A DNA stretch of 64,000 nt from positions 1,409 through 65,408 of the forward strand of contig DASZKO010000085.1 of NCBI GenBank assembly GCA_035605655.1. Reading direction: 5' to 3'. How positions within the stretch are numbered: position 1 is the stretch's first letter; each line of letters begins with the position of its first letter. The notes beneath the pieces are model-generated. The model was not told where the DNA came from. It saw only the letters and a list, made by a program, of their open reading frames with translations, and made no database searches. Below, piece by piece: positions 1 to 9,933 of the stretch. The DNA is from Caulobacteraceae bacterium (GTDB lineage: Bacteria; Pseudomonadota; Alphaproteobacteria; Caulobacterales; Caulobacteraceae). The translations under genes and the position numbers were made by a program.

Positions 1-254
1 AGGCCGGGGCCCTGGTGGGGGTGTTCACCGACGGCGACCTGCGGCGGGCGCTGCCGGGCGCCGATCTTTCCGCGCCGGTCGCCGCGCACATGATCCGCTC
101 GCCGGTCTTCGTCGATCCGCACCTGTTGGCCACCGAGGCGCTCAGGCTCATGAACGAGCGGCCCCACCCCATCCAGCTTCTTTTCGCCTGCGAGGACGGC
201 GCCCTGGTCGGGGCGGTGGGGATGCACGACTTCCTGCGCGCCGGCATCGCCTGA
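1..254 (+). CDS. KpsF/GutQ-family sugar-phosphate isomerase, C-terminal CBS domains (5' truncated by window)
   Basis: GVFTDGDLRR and terminal VG..GMHDFLRAGI are typical of the KdsD/KpsF CBS pair. Confidence 0.8.
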   Translation, partial: AGALVGVFTDGDLRRALPGADLSAPVAAHMIRSPVFVDPHLLATEALRLMNERPHPIQLLFACEDGALVGAVGMHDFLRAGIA

Positions 255-258
255 CCGC

Positions 259-1335
259 TCAGAGGACGCCCCTCGCCGTCTGGTCGAGCTGCCAGGCGGC
301 GCCGACGATATGGTAGAGGGAGCTGGCCGGGGCGGCGTCGCCACTTTCCAGGCTGTCGCGCCACAGGCCGGTCGGCTCGAGGAATTTCCAAACGCCCTCT
401 GCGGCCTTCACGGCCAGGCGCCAGCAGGCCAGGTCGTCGGTGAGGGCGCCGGCCAGCAGATGGGCGCGCAGGCGCTCGGTCTGGGGCCACAGGCGCGTGC
501 CGGCATCGACCGGTTCGAGATCGCCGTCGAGGGCATTGATGGCGACATTGCGGACCGGATCGACGCCGCAGCGTTCGGCGATCTCGATCAGGCGCAAGGC
601 GGCGCCGAGCGCCGCCGCGTCGCCGGACGCGAGGCTCCAGCGCATGAGGAGCCAGGCCCACTCGAACTGATGGCCGGGCTCCACGCGGCGCTCGGCCGGC
701 GCCTCGGGGCCGATCCAGCCAGGGCCGAAAACCTCGCTGATCGCCCCAGTTTCGGCGTCGATCAGGCGCGTGGCGGCGAGGCGCGCCTGATCGGCGGCCA
801 TCTCCCGCCAGGGCCCCTCCCCGCCCGCCTCGACCCAGGCCAGGGCGGCTTCGAAGAGATGCATGTTGGGATTGGCGAGCAGCTCGTCACCGTCGAACTC
901 GGCGAAGCCGCCGGCTCCGCCGCGCGGCAGCCGCTCCAGCAGGGCGAGCGCGCGGGCCTCGCCCTCGACCTGGGCGTGAGCCAGGATGACGAAGGCCTGG
1001 TCGTAGAGATCGGCGGCGTCCTGGCCCCGAACCGACCGGTAGAGGCCATCGGGGCGGCGGAAATGGTGCTCCAGCGCCGCCAGACCATGAGTCATGGCCG
1101 CCCGCCAGGGGCCGCTCCAGCCGAGCTCGCCGGCATGGCGATAGGCGAAGACCTGGCGGGCCTGGACGCGGGCGCGCTGGGGCCCCGCCATCGGCCGCCC
1201 GGCCGCGTCGAGGCGGTCGTGGAAACCGCCGGCCGCGAGGTCGGCCCCCGGATCCCACCACAGCGGAAAGGCGCGATCCAGCAGCCAGCCGACCAGGGCC
1301 TCGCGGGCGGCGAGGATGTCGGCCGGCGCGCTCAC
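259..1335 (-). CDS. AGE family epimerase/isomerase (N-acylglucosamine 2-epimerase / mannose isomerase-like)
   Basis: RARVQARQ, DLYDQAF, NPNMHLFEA, EPGHQFEW, RLWPQTE, SSLYH motifs. GTG start at 1335 overlaps the galE stop (GTGA). Confidence 0.85.
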   Translation of the reverse strand: MSAPADILAAREALVGWLLDRAFPLWWDPGADLAAGGFHDRLDAAGRPMAGPQRARVQARQVFAYRHAGELGWSGPWRAAMTHGLAALEHHFRRPDGLYRSVRGQDAADLYDQAFVILAHAQVEGEARALALLERLPRGGAGGFAEFDGDELLANPNMHLFEAALAWVEAGGEGPWREMAADQARLAATRLIDAETGAISEVFGPGWIGPEAPAERRVEPGHQFEWAWLLMRWSLASGDAAALGAALRLIEIAERCGVDPVRNVAINALDGDLEPVDAGTRLWPQTERLRAHLLAGALTDDLACWRLAVKAAEGVWKFLEPTGLWRDSLESGDAAPASSLYHIVGAAWQLDQTARGVL

Positions 1336-2315
1336 GCGGCCGCGTAGGGCGGCGGATCGATCATCCACTTCCAGGCGGTCTCGACGATCGTCCGCACCGA
1401 TGAGGCGCCGGCGGTGAAGCCGAGTTCGGCGGCGGCCCGGCTGGGGTCGGCGTAGAGGGAGGGCGGATCACCGGGGCGGCGCGGACCGATCTCGACGGCG
1501 ATGGTCTTGCCGGTCACCGCGCGGGCCGCCTCGATGATCTCCTTGACGCTGAACCCCTGGCCGACGCCGAGATTATAGGCGCGGAAACCATCCGCCTGGG
1601 CCAACCTGTCGAGGGCCAGGACGTGAGCGCGGGCGAGATCGGCGACGTGGATGTAGTCGCGCACGCAGGTCCCGTCCGGGGTCGCGTAATCGTCGCCGTT
1701 GAGGATGAGGGTCGTGCCGTCGCGGGCGGCGGCGAGGACCAGGGGGATGAGGTGGGTCTCAGGGTCATGGGCTTCGCCGAGTTCGCCGTCCGGGTCGGCC
1801 CCGCTGGCGTTGAAGTAGCGCAGGGCGGCGCATCGCAGGCCCCAGGCGCCTGCGCAGTCGGCGAGGATCTGCTCGACCATGGCCTTGGAGCGGCCATAGG
1901 GGCTGATCGGGCCGTAGGCCATGTCCTCGGTGATCGGCAGGCTCGCCGGCGGCCCATGGACCGCGCAGGTGCTGGAAAAGACGAAGCGGTCGATCCCGGC
2001 CGCGCGCATGGCCGACAGGACAGCGACCGCGCCGGCGACATTGGTGCGGTAGTAGAGTTCCGGCTGGGCGACGGACTCGCCGACGCTGATCAGGGCGGCG
2101 AAATGCATCACCGCCTCGGGGCGCCACCTGGCGATGACCTCGGCCAGCCGGGCCTCGTCGGTGACGTCGCCGACCTCCAGCGGCCCATGACGCACCGCCC
2201 AGCGGTGGCCCTGGGAGAGGCTGTCGAAAGTCACCGGTTCATGGCCGGCGGCGGCGAGCGCCTTGCAGGCGTGAGAGCCGATGTATCCGGCCCCGCCGGT
2301 GACCAGGACCCGCAT
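1332..2315 (-). CDS. galE: UDP-glucose 4-epimerase
   Basis: TGGAGYIGSH, HFAA..VGES, YGRSK, LRYFNA, DGTCVRDYIHV. Confidence 0.93.
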   Translation of the reverse strand: MRVLVTGGAGYIGSHACKALAAAGHEPVTFDSLSQGHRWAVRHGPLEVGDVTDEARLAEVIARWRPEAVMHFAALISVGESVAQPELYYRTNVAGAVAVLSAMRAAGIDRFVFSSTCAVHGPPASLPITEDMAYGPISPYGRSKAMVEQILADCAGAWGLRCAALRYFNASGADPDGELGEAHDPETHLIPLVLAAARDGTTLILNGDDYATPDGTCVRDYIHVADLARAHVLALDRLAQADGFRAYNLGVGQGFSVKEIIEAARAVTGKTIAVEIGPRRPGDPPSLYADPSRAAAELGFTAGASSVRTIVETAWKWMIDPPPYAAA

Positions 2316-2450
2316 GAAGACTCCACCCTCGATTGAAAACCCAGCCCTTCTAGCATCATCGCCCCTTTAGGCGATCAGGAGGCTACGGCCCCGCTTGGCG
2401 CGGGCGGCGCAGTCTTCTAAGGCCGGAAGATCAGCGGGAACGAAACGACG

Positions 2451-3905
2451 ATGGCGGACGAAACCCTATCCCTGGGCGCGCGGCTGAGCGAGATCGCCGG
2501 CGAAAGGCCGGAGCGGCCGGCGGTGACCGACAAGGACCGCACCGTCACCTGGCGCGAGCTGGACCGGCGGACCAATCGCCTGGCCCGGGCCCTGGCGATC
2601 GCCGGCGTCGAGCAGGGCGACCTGGTGACCGTGGGCCTTCACAACAGCGTCGATTTCATCGAGGCCTGCTATGGCCTGTGGAAGCTCGGGGCCACGCCGC
2701 AGCCGATCTCCTGGCGCCTGCCGGCCAGCGAGGCGGAGGCGGTGATGGATCTCGCCGAGACCCCCATCCTCATCGCCGGGTCCAGCCTGGAGAGCCACCG
2801 GCCGCGCTACGACGTGGCCGCCCTGCTGGCGCTCTGCGACGACGACAGCCCGGTGGAGGACCGCGTCTCGCCGGTGTGGAAGGCGCCCACCTCCGGCGGC
2901 TCGACGGGGCGGCCCAAGCTGATCCTGGCCGGCGGTCCGGGGGTGTTTCCCCCCAACACCAGCGGCAGCGGCGCCTATCGGACGACGCCCGAGGACGTGA
3001 TGATCATGCCCGGGCCTCTCTATCACAACGGCCCCTTCACCTCGGTGTTCGGCGGACTCACCCAGGGCGCCCACGCGGTGATCCTGCCGAGATTCGACGC
3101 CGAGGCGACGCTGGCGGCGATCGAGGCCCACAAGGCGACGTGGATCTATCTCGTCCCGACCATGATGAGCCGCATCTGGCGCCTGCCGAACCGGACCGAC
3201 TACGACGTCTCGTCCTTGAAGACCGCCTGGCACCTCGCCGCCCCCTGCCCGCCCTGGCTCAAGGAGGCGTGGATCGACTGGCTGGGTCCAGACGTGATCA
3301 TGGAGCTCTATGCCGGCACCGAGGCCCAGGCGGTGACCATCATCACCGGCGCCGAATGGCTCGAACACCGCGGCTCGGTGGGCAAGGTGACGGTCGGCGA
3401 GATGGCGGCCTTCGACGCCGCCGGCGAGCGCCTGGCGCCCGGCGAGATCGGCGAGATCTACATGCGCCGCCCGGCCGGCGAGCCGCCCAGCTATCGCTAT
3501 CGGGGGGCGCAGGCGCGGACCCTGCCGGGCGGCTGGGAATCGCTCGGCGACATCGGCTCCTTCGACGCCGAGGGCTATCTCTACCTGGCCGACCGGCGGG
3601 CCGACATGATCCTGGTCGGCGGCTCCAACGTCTATCCGGCCGAGATCGAGGCGGCCCTCGACGAGCATCCCCTAGTCCAGTCGAGCGCGGTGATCGGCCT
3701 GCCCGACGAGGATCTCGGCAACCTGATCCACGCCATCGTCCAGCCGCGGCCCGGTCTCACCGAGGAGGCCCTGCGCGAATACCTGCGCGACCGGCTGGTC
3801 AGCTACAAGCAGCCGCGAACCTACGAGTTCGTCGCCGACAACATCCGCGACGACGCCGGCAAGGTGCGCCGCACCCAGCTCAGGGACGAGCGGCTGAAAC
3901 CTTGA
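2451..3905 (+). CDS. AMP-binding acyl-CoA ligase (bile acid-CoA ligase-like)
   Basis: TSGGSTGRPK P-loop, YAGTE, SLGDIG, GGSNVYPAEIE, AGKV. Confidence 0.88.
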   Translation: MADETLSLGARLSEIAGERPERPAVTDKDRTVTWRELDRRTNRLARALAIAGVEQGDLVTVGLHNSVDFIEACYGLWKLGATPQPISWRLPASEAEAVMDLAETPILIAGSSLESHRPRYDVAALLALCDDDSPVEDRVSPVWKAPTSGGSTGRPKLILAGGPGVFPPNTSGSGAYRTTPEDVMIMPGPLYHNGPFTSVFGGLTQGAHAVILPRFDAEATLAAIEAHKATWIYLVPTMMSRIWRLPNRTDYDVSSLKTAWHLAAPCPPWLKEAWIDWLGPDVIMELYAGTEAQAVTIITGAEWLEHRGSVGKVTVGEMAAFDAAGERLAPGEIGEIYMRRPAGEPPSYRYRGAQARTLPGGWESLGDIGSFDAEGYLYLADRRADMILVGGSNVYPAEIEAALDEHPLVQSSAVIGLPDEDLGNLIHAIVQPRPGLTEEALREYLRDRLVSYKQPRTYEFVADNIRDDAGKVRRTQLRDERLKP

Positions 3906-4037
3906 GAGGCGACCGGACGATGATCATCCACGGCCTGGAGCAGACAGAGGCGAAGCGCCGATGACCGGTCCCGCGATCGGCGCCGCTCCATCCTGGAGGC
4001 GGCGGGCCGACCGACGCGCGAGGAGGGCGAAACGCCG

Positions 4038-4688
4038 ATGAATCCCTTTCCGGACGACATCTTCACCGAACCGGCCGACGTCGATCCCGATACCCTGGCC
4101 AATCTCGGCCCGCTACGCCGCCTGGCGGGCGTCTGGGAAGGGCGCAAGGGCGTCGATCTCAATCCCAAGGCCGAGGGGCCGGAGCGCCGCGCGTATATCG
4201 AGCGCATCGACATGCAGCCGATCGACGCTCAGGCCAATGGGCCGCAGCTGTTCTACGGCCTGCGCTACCACGTCCACATCCTGGCCACCGACGAGGACGC
4301 CACCTTCCACGATCAGGTCGGCTATTGGCTCTGGGAGCCGGCCACCGGCCTCATCATGCAGTCCCTGACCATACCGCGCGGTCAGGTGGCGCTGGCCTCC
4401 GGCCAAGCCAGCGCCGATGCGCCCGGCCTGGTCGTCAGCGCCAGGCGCGGCCATCCCGACTACGGCATCTGTTCGACGGCTTTTCTGGAATTCGCGTTCC
4501 GAACGGAGTCCTACCGGCTCGAGATCACCTTCAATGCCGACGGCGGCTGGAGCTATGTCTCAGAAACCGTGCTGGCGGTGCGCGGCCAGGAGGGTCTCTT
4601 CACCCACCGCGATCAGAACACCTTGAAGAAGGTCACCGAGGCGGCCCCCAATCCCCTGATGACGATCCTCGCGGCGGCGAAGGCCTGA
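4038..4688 (+). CDS. Heme-binding beta-barrel protein (nitrobindin/FABP-like, DUF1794)
   Basis: LGPL..LAGVWEG, NGPQ, FHDQVGYWLW, IPRG, C-terminal H in FTHRDQN. RBS GAGGAGG. Confidence 0.8.
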   Translation: MNPFPDDIFTEPADVDPDTLANLGPLRRLAGVWEGRKGVDLNPKAEGPERRAYIERIDMQPIDAQANGPQLFYGLRYHVHILATDEDATFHDQVGYWLWEPATGLIMQSLTIPRGQVALASGQASADAPGLVVSARRGHPDYGICSTAFLEFAFRTESYRLEITFNADGGWSYVSETVLAVRGQEGLFTHRDQNTLKKVTEAAPNPLMTILAAAKA

Positions 4689-4691
4689 ACC

Positions 4692-5066
4692 TTACATCCG
4701 GTGGAGGGCGCAGAGCTTGTTGCCGTCCGGATCCCGAAGGTAGGCGAGGTACATCTTGCCCATGCCGCCTTCGCGGACGCCCGGCGGATCCTCGACGGAT
4801 TTGCCGCCATTTGCCGCGCCGGCGGCATGCCAGGCGTCGGCCTCCGCAGGCGATTTGGCCGCGAATCCGATGGTGCCGCCGTTGGCGTGGGTCGCCGCCT
4901 CGCCGTCGATCGGCTCGGTGACGCAGAAGACCCCGCCGCCGGTCATGTAGAAAATCCGGTGGCCATCGACCATCGCCGGCGGCACGCCCAGGGCGCCGAG
5001 CGTGGCGTCGTAGAAAGTCTTGGCGCGGGTGAGGTCGTTGGTCCCGATCATGATGTGTGAAAACAT
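4692..5066 (-). CDS. VOC (glyoxalase/bleomycin resistance) family protein
   Basis: FSHIMIGTNDL, ANGGTIGF, YLRDPDGNKLCA. Confidence 0.88.
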   Translation of the reverse strand: MFSHIMIGTNDLTRAKTFYDATLGALGVPPAMVDGHRIFYMTGGGVFCVTEPIDGEAATHANGGTIGFAAKSPAEADAWHAAGAANGGKSVEDPPGVREGGMGKMYLAYLRDPDGNKLCALHRM

Positions 5067-5150
5067 GGTTTTGGCGTCTCCCTCTTAAGTCGGCTCCCTA
5101 CTAGCGTCAGAGTGAGCCCGTGTTCCAGTCCAATCGCCGCGCGACGCGCG

Positions 5151-5786
5151 TCACTCGATCGGCCAGCCTGGGCGGCGCATCTCGAACATCGCCTCGGGCG
5201 TGATGACCGCGTAGTCGCCCAGGCGCCCGGCGCGCAGGATCGGCCTCGCCTTGGCGGTCTGCCAGACGCCATCCTCGATGAAGCGCGGATCGAGGTGGAT
5301 GCAGACAACTTCGCCGATCGTCAGCCACGCCTGCGCCTGGGCCCCGTCGGCGCCTTGCAGTCGGAGGATCTGGGCGACTTTGCATTCGAAGTTCACCGGG
5401 CTCTCGAGCACCCTGGGGGCGGCGACAAGGCGCCCGGGCGCCTTGGTGACGCCCGCCACCTCGAATTCGTCGATGTCGGGCGGGGCGGGAGCGCAGGTGA
5501 GATTCATCTTCTCCGCCAGGGCCTCACCGGCGAGATTCCAGCAGAACTCTCCGGTCGCCTCGGCGTTGGCCACGCTGTCCTTCCAGCCGATCGACGAGAA
5601 GCCGATAAGCGGGGGGCTGTAGCTGAGGCCATTGAAGAAACTGTAGGGGGCGAGGTTGGCGATCCCCGCCGCGCTCAGGGTCGAGATCCAGCCGATCGGG
5701 CGCGGTCCGACAATGGCGTTGAAGGGATCGTGCCTGAGGCCGTGGCCCGTGGCCGGCTCGTAGACGTGGGCGTTCTGATCGGCCAT
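5151..5786 (-). CDS. Flavin reductase family protein
   Basis: PRPIGWIST, NLAPYSFFN, KDS..N, ESPVNFECK, RAGRLGDY. Confidence 0.88.
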   Translation of the reverse strand: MADQNAHVYEPATGHGLRHDPFNAIVGPRPIGWISTLSAAGIANLAPYSFFNGLSYSPPLIGFSSIGWKDSVANAEATGEFCWNLAGEALAEKMNLTCAPAPPDIDEFEVAGVTKAPGRLVAAPRVLESPVNFECKVAQILRLQGADGAQAQAWLTIGEVVCIHLDPRFIEDGVWQTAKARPILRAGRLGDYAVITPEAMFEMRRPGWPIE

Positions 5787-5866
5787 CCGGTGTGGATTTA
5801 GGCCATGATGGCACTTCGTGCGCCATAATTGAGCAGGTCCGACTCACCCAGAATGGACGCTCGACA

Positions 5867-6397
5867 ATGACCGACCTGCCGCTGCAACCTTTCCGCGCTC
5901 TGCACGAGGCCGAAATCCGCCTGTTGTGGGAGTTGAGATCCCTCCGCCGGCGCAGCCGCGGCGCCAAGCCAGGCGCCGACCTGACCCTCGGCCAGAAGAT
6001 CGCGGACGCGGTGGCCGCGGGAATGGGCTCCTGGCCATTCATCATCATCCAGTCGTGCGCCCTGGCGGTGTGGATCGCGCTCAACGTGACGGCGTGGGCC
6101 CGCCACTGGGACCCCTACCCCTTCATCCTTCTGAACCTCGCCCTGTCGTTCCAGGCCGCCTACGCCGCGCCCTTCATCATGATGGCCCAGAACCGCCAGC
6201 AGCAGATCGACCGCAAGGAGGCGGAGAACGATCACCAGATCAATCTCAAGGCGGAGCTGGAAATCGAACTCGTGCACCAGAAGCTGGACGAACTGCGCCA
6301 GAAGGAGGTGCTCTACCTCACCGAGGCGGTGCGCGATCTCACGGCCCTTCTCACCGCCAGGCGCGGCTCGGCCGACGAGGACGGCGCTCTCGACTAG
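5867..6397 (+). CDS. DUF1003 membrane protein
   Basis: GQKIAD..A..MGSW.F, WDPYPFILLNL.LS.QAAYAAP.I.M.QNRQ, INLKAELEI. Confidence 0.88.
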   Translation: MTDLPLQPFRALHEAEIRLLWELRSLRRRSRGAKPGADLTLGQKIADAVAAGMGSWPFIIIQSCALAVWIALNVTAWARHWDPYPFILLNLALSFQAAYAAPFIMMAQNRQQQIDRKEAENDHQINLKAELEIELVHQKLDELRQKEVLYLTEAVRDLTALLTARRGSADEDGALD

Positions 6398-6425
6398 GAT
6401 CGATGTGTGGGAATGGGCTTTCGGG

Positions 6426-7640
6426 TCACTTCCCGTCGTCGCACTCGGCGAGAATCTCGTCGGTATGCTCGCCCAGCCTGGGCGCATGCCGGCGGATGTT
6501 CGCCGGAGTCACCGAGAACTTCACCGGCGGACGCATGCTCACATAGGCGCCGGCTTCAGGGTGGCGATAGCGTTCGAAAAGCCCCACCGCATCGAGATGC
6601 GGATCATGCGGCAGCTCGTCCAGGCGGTTCATCCGGACCACCGGAATCTGTAGAGGCTTGAGGATGGCCAGCCACTCCGCGGTGGTCTTGGTGCGGGTCA
6701 CCGTCTCCACCAGGCCATAGAGCTCGCGCACGTGGCGGGCTCTTTCCCTGTAGTCGGCGAAGCGCGGATCCTTGCCGAAAGTGTCGGCCCAGCCGGCGGC
6801 GGCGAAGAACTGGTCCCACTGCTGGTCGGTGTACGGCAGGAGCCCGATGTAGCCGTCGGCGGTGGCGAAGGGCTTGCGCTCGGGATTGGCGACCCGGGTG
6901 TAGGCCCACGGCCCGGTCGGCGGGTCGTAGACGTGGCCGTAGAGGTGTTCGGCGAGGTTGAAGCTGGTGACGCACTCCAGCATCGGCGCCTCGATGAACT
7001 GCCCCTCGCCCGTCTTTTGGCGATGGTAGAGGGCGGCGCAGACGGCCTGACTCATGAAGAGGCCGCTCACCTTGTCGGCCACCAGGGAGGGCAGCAGGCG
7101 GGGCGTGGGGTCGTCGTCGACCCTGGGCAGGAGATCGGCCAGGCCGCTGGCCGACTGAATGAGATCGTCATAGGCCGGCTCGCCGGCGTAGGGGCCGTCG
7201 GAGCCATAGCCGCAACCGTGGACGTAAACCACATCGGGCCGAACGGCGCGGACGCTGTCGTAGTCGAGGGCGAGGCGCTTCAGTCCCTCATAGCGCACGC
7301 TGGCGACGAAGACATCGCAGCCGGCGATCAGTTTTCGCATCTTGCCGGCCGCCGCGTCTTCGCGCAGGTCGATGAGCAGGGAGCGCTTGTTGCGGTTGAT
7401 GGTGAGATAGATCGGCCCCAGGTCCTCTGGACCCCCCGGCTGGCCGTGACCGGCCCAGCGCATGATGTCGCCGCCGCCGCCGCGACGGCCGCCGGGGAAT
7501 TCGACCTTGACCACGTCGGCCCCCATGTCGGCGAGCATCTGGGTGGCGTAGGCGCCGAAGACCACGCTGGTCATGTCGAGGATGCGCACCCCCTTCAGCG
7601 GCCCCGTCGCCGCCGCCGCCAGTTCCTTGTCCCTGATCAC
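6426..7640 (-). CDS. CaiB/BaiF family III CoA-transferase
   Basis: [28 protein letters not shown], catalytic Asp in VADK, APRLGEHT. Confidence 0.9.
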   Translation of the reverse strand: MIRDKELAAAATGPLKGVRILDMTSVVFGAYATQMLADMGADVVKVEFPGGRRGGGGDIMRWAGHGQPGGPEDLGPIYLTINRNKRSLLIDLREDAAAGKMRKLIAGCDVFVASVRYEGLKRLALDYDSVRAVRPDVVYVHGCGYGSDGPYAGEPAYDDLIQSASGLADLLPRVDDDPTPRLLPSLVADKVSGLFMSQAVCAALYHRQKTGEGQFIEAPMLECVTSFNLAEHLYGHVYDPPTGPWAYTRVANPERKPFATADGYIGLLPYTDQQWDQFFAAAGWADTFGKDPRFADYRERARHVRELYGLVETVTRTKTTAEWLAILKPLQIPVVRMNRLDELPHDPHLDAVGLFERYRHPEAGAYVSMRPPVKFSVTPANIRRHAPRLGEHTDEILAECDDGK

Positions 7641-7746
7641 GCCGTCGCGTCCCCTTTCCCCGCCGTCACCGATGACGAGCGGGCCTGGAGAACCTAATGT
7701 GCTTGGCCGGTGGGGCGAAATGGTCTCGTCGGGTCAGGGCGCGCGA

Positions 7747-8913
7747 ATGAATTTCGAACTGGCTGAAGACCACAGGATGCTCAAGGATCTGGTGGCGCGG
7801 TTCGTCCGCGACGAGCTGCTGCCGCTCGAGGCCGCCGTCCTCGCCCGCGAAGCCGACGGCAAGGGCCTGGGCCTGGGCGCCGCCGAGCACGCCCGCCTCG
7901 ACGAAGTCTCGCGAACCCTGGGCCTGTGGGGACTCGATGCGCCGGAGGACGTCGGCGGAGTCGATCTGCCCAATGTGGCCATGATCGGGGTCAACGAGGA
8001 GCTCGGGCGGACGGTGACGCCCTACACCCTGCCGCCGGACTCGCCGAACCTCAGAATGCTCCAGGCGACCGTGACCGACCGCCAGCGCGAGGCCTACTTG
8101 GCGCCTTACGTCCGTGGCGAGACGGTTTCGGCCATCGGCATCTCGGAACCGGGCGCGGGGGCCGATCCGGCCGGCATGACCACCCGGGCGGTGCGCGACG
8201 GCGAGGACTGGGTGATCAACGGCCGCAAGATCTGGATCAGCCGCGCCGCCGAGGCCGACTTCACCATCCTGATGGCGGTGACGGACAAGGAGAAGGGCGC
8301 CCGCGGCGGCATTTCGGCCTTCCTCATCGACAAGGGAACGCCGGGATTCAATGTGCTGCGGCGCATTCCCATGGTCGGCGGCGCGGCGACCTACGAGGTG
8401 GCCCTGGAGGACTGCCGGGTCGAGGGCTGGAAACTGCTGGGGACCGAAGGCCAGGGCTTCGCGCCCATGCAGCTGCGGCTCGGCACCCGGCGCCTCGAAA
8501 TGGCCGCCTGGTCGATCGGCATGGCCCAGCGGGCGCTGGACATGATCTGCGAATTCGCCCCCCAGCGGGTGACCTTCGGCCAGCCCCTCTCCCAGCGCCA
8601 GGCGATCCAGTGGTGGGTGGCCGACGCGGCGACGCGCATCCACGCCGCCCGCCTGATGACCTACGACTGCGCCTGGAAGCTCGACGAAGGCCGAGACGTC
8701 AGGGTCGAGATCTCGATGATCAAGGCTTACGCGACCGAGATGGCCTGGGAGGTCGTCGACCGGGCCATGCAGACCTTCGGGGCCATGGGCATGACCAAGG
8801 AGCTGCCGTTGCAGCTGATGGCCTCCAAGCTGCGCACCATGCGCATCTACGACGGACCCACCGAGGTCCACAAATGGGTGGTGGCCCGCAACTTCCTGGG
8901 ATCGAAACGATGA
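7747..8913 (+). CDS. Acyl-CoA dehydrogenase
   Basis: ISEPGAGAD, WVINGRKIWIS, R.TFG.PL..RQ, AMQTFGAMG, RIYDGPTE. Confidence 0.92.
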   Translation: MNFELAEDHRMLKDLVARFVRDELLPLEAAVLAREADGKGLGLGAAEHARLDEVSRTLGLWGLDAPEDVGGVDLPNVAMIGVNEELGRTVTPYTLPPDSPNLRMLQATVTDRQREAYLAPYVRGETVSAIGISEPGAGADPAGMTTRAVRDGEDWVINGRKIWISRAAEADFTILMAVTDKEKGARGGISAFLIDKGTPGFNVLRRIPMVGGAATYEVALEDCRVEGWKLLGTEGQGFAPMQLRLGTRRLEMAAWSIGMAQRALDMICEFAPQRVTFGQPLSQRQAIQWWVADAATRIHAARLMTYDCAWKLDEGRDVRVEISMIKAYATEMAWEVVDRAMQTFGAMGMTKELPLQLMASKLRTMRIYDGPTEVHKWVVARNFLGSKR

Positions 8914-9692
8914 ATGAGACCTACGGCGAAACCGTCACCGCCAGCGTCGAGGGACACGTCGCTCTGCTGGTCTTCGACCGCCCACCGAATAATTTCGTCA
9001 GTGTCGAGATGATACGCGACCTGGCCGACGCCCTCGACGACGTCGACGCCGACCGGTCCCTGCGCGCCGCCGTCCTGGCCTCGTCCGGCAAGGCCTTCTG
9101 CGCCGGGGCCGATCTCGCCTCGCCCGTCGGGGTCGGCGGCTCGGGGATGACGGGGGTCTCCCCGCTCTATCACGAGGCGGTGCGGCTGTTCTCCACCAAA
9201 AAGCCCATCGTGGCGGCGGTGCAGGGGGCGGCGGTGGGCGCCGGGCTTGGCCTAGCCCTCGTCGCCGATTTCAGAGTGGTCGCCGCGGAGGCGCGGTTCG
9301 CGGCCAATTTCGTCAAGCTCGGCTTTCATCCCGGCTTCGGCATCACCCGCACCCTGCCGAGGGTCGTCGGCGAGCAGAGGGCGGCCCTGATGTGCCTGAC
9401 CGGGCGGCGGATCAAGGGCGAGGAGGCTTTGGCCTGGGGCCTCGCCGACGAAATGGTCCCGCTGGAGGCCCTGCGCCCAGCCGCCATGGCCCTCGCCGCC
9501 GAACTGGCCAGCGCCGCGCCCCTGGCGGTGGAATCCACCCGCGCCACCCTGCGCGCCGACCTCGCCGCCGCCGTCAAGGCCCAGACTGACCACGAGCTGG
9601 CCGAACAGACGCGCCTCAGGGCCACCGCCGACTTCGCCGAGGGGGTGCGCAGCGTCAACGAACGGCGCCCCGGCGTTTTCGTGGGGGCCTGA
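8910..9692 (+). CDS. Enoyl-CoA hydratase/isomerase (crotonase) family protein
   Basis: AFCAGADL, KPIVAAVQGAAVGAG, D.AEGV...ERRP.F.G. ATG overlaps the ACAD stop (ATGA). Confidence 0.88.
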   Translation: MNETYGETVTASVEGHVALLVFDRPPNNFVSVEMIRDLADALDDVDADRSLRAAVLASSGKAFCAGADLASPVGVGGSGMTGVSPLYHEAVRLFSTKKPIVAAVQGAAVGAGLGLALVADFRVVAAEARFAANFVKLGFHPGFGITRTLPRVVGEQRAALMCLTGRRIKGEEALAWGLADEMVPLEALRPAAMALAAELASAAPLAVESTRATLRADLAAAVKAQTDHELAEQTRLRATADFAEGVRSVNERRPGVFVGA

Positions 9693-9699
9693 CGGGCGC

Positions 9700-9724
9700 G
9701 GAACCCGGCCGGAGCCAGCCGGTT
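9700..9724 (+). promoter_or_regulatory. Putative EcfG/SigT (general stress sigma) promoter
   Basis: GGAAC(9700-9704)-N16-GGTT(9721-9724), against consensus GGAAC-N16/17-(C)GTT, followed by RBS GAAGGAGG and ATG at 9753. Confidence 0.65.
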
Positions 9725-9752
9725 ACCTCCTCATTGAAGGAGGAAATTCCCG

Positions 9753-9932
9753 ATGACAGCCAAGCCTCCCCCGATCCCTCCCGAACAGCGCGCCAGCGTC
9801 AGCGATAAGCCCGACATCGCCGGCGGCCAGCAGAGTGGCCGGACCAAGTCCGGCGGCAATCTCGACACCCACGGCAATTCCGGCAACATCCGCCAGAACC
9901 TCACGCCGCAGCGCAGCATCCAGGACCGCTGA
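9753..9932 (+). CDS. Small hydrophilic protein, 59 aa (absent from ORF track), likely stress-induced
   Basis: Strong RBS GGAGG. MTAKPPPIPPEQRASVSDKPDIAGGQQSGRTKSGGNLDTHGNSGNIRQNLTPQRSIQDR; GC3-rich codons. Confidence 0.75.
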   Translation: MTAKPPPIPPEQRASVSDKPDIAGGQQSGRTKSGGNLDTHGNSGNIRQNLTPQRSIQDR

Positions 9933-9933
9933 G

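Noticed and set aside
310-1347. Long antisense or alternate-frame ORFs throughout (e.g. 310-1347+, 11039-13099-, 13155-14924+, 43125-45056-)
   Set aside because: Shadow ORFs typical of high-GC DNA. They overlap motif-supported genes and give R/G/P/A-rich translations with no family motifs
3920-3964. Short ORF MIIHGLEQTEAKRR after the CoA ligase
   Set aside because: 14 aa, weak RBS, no attenuator-like features
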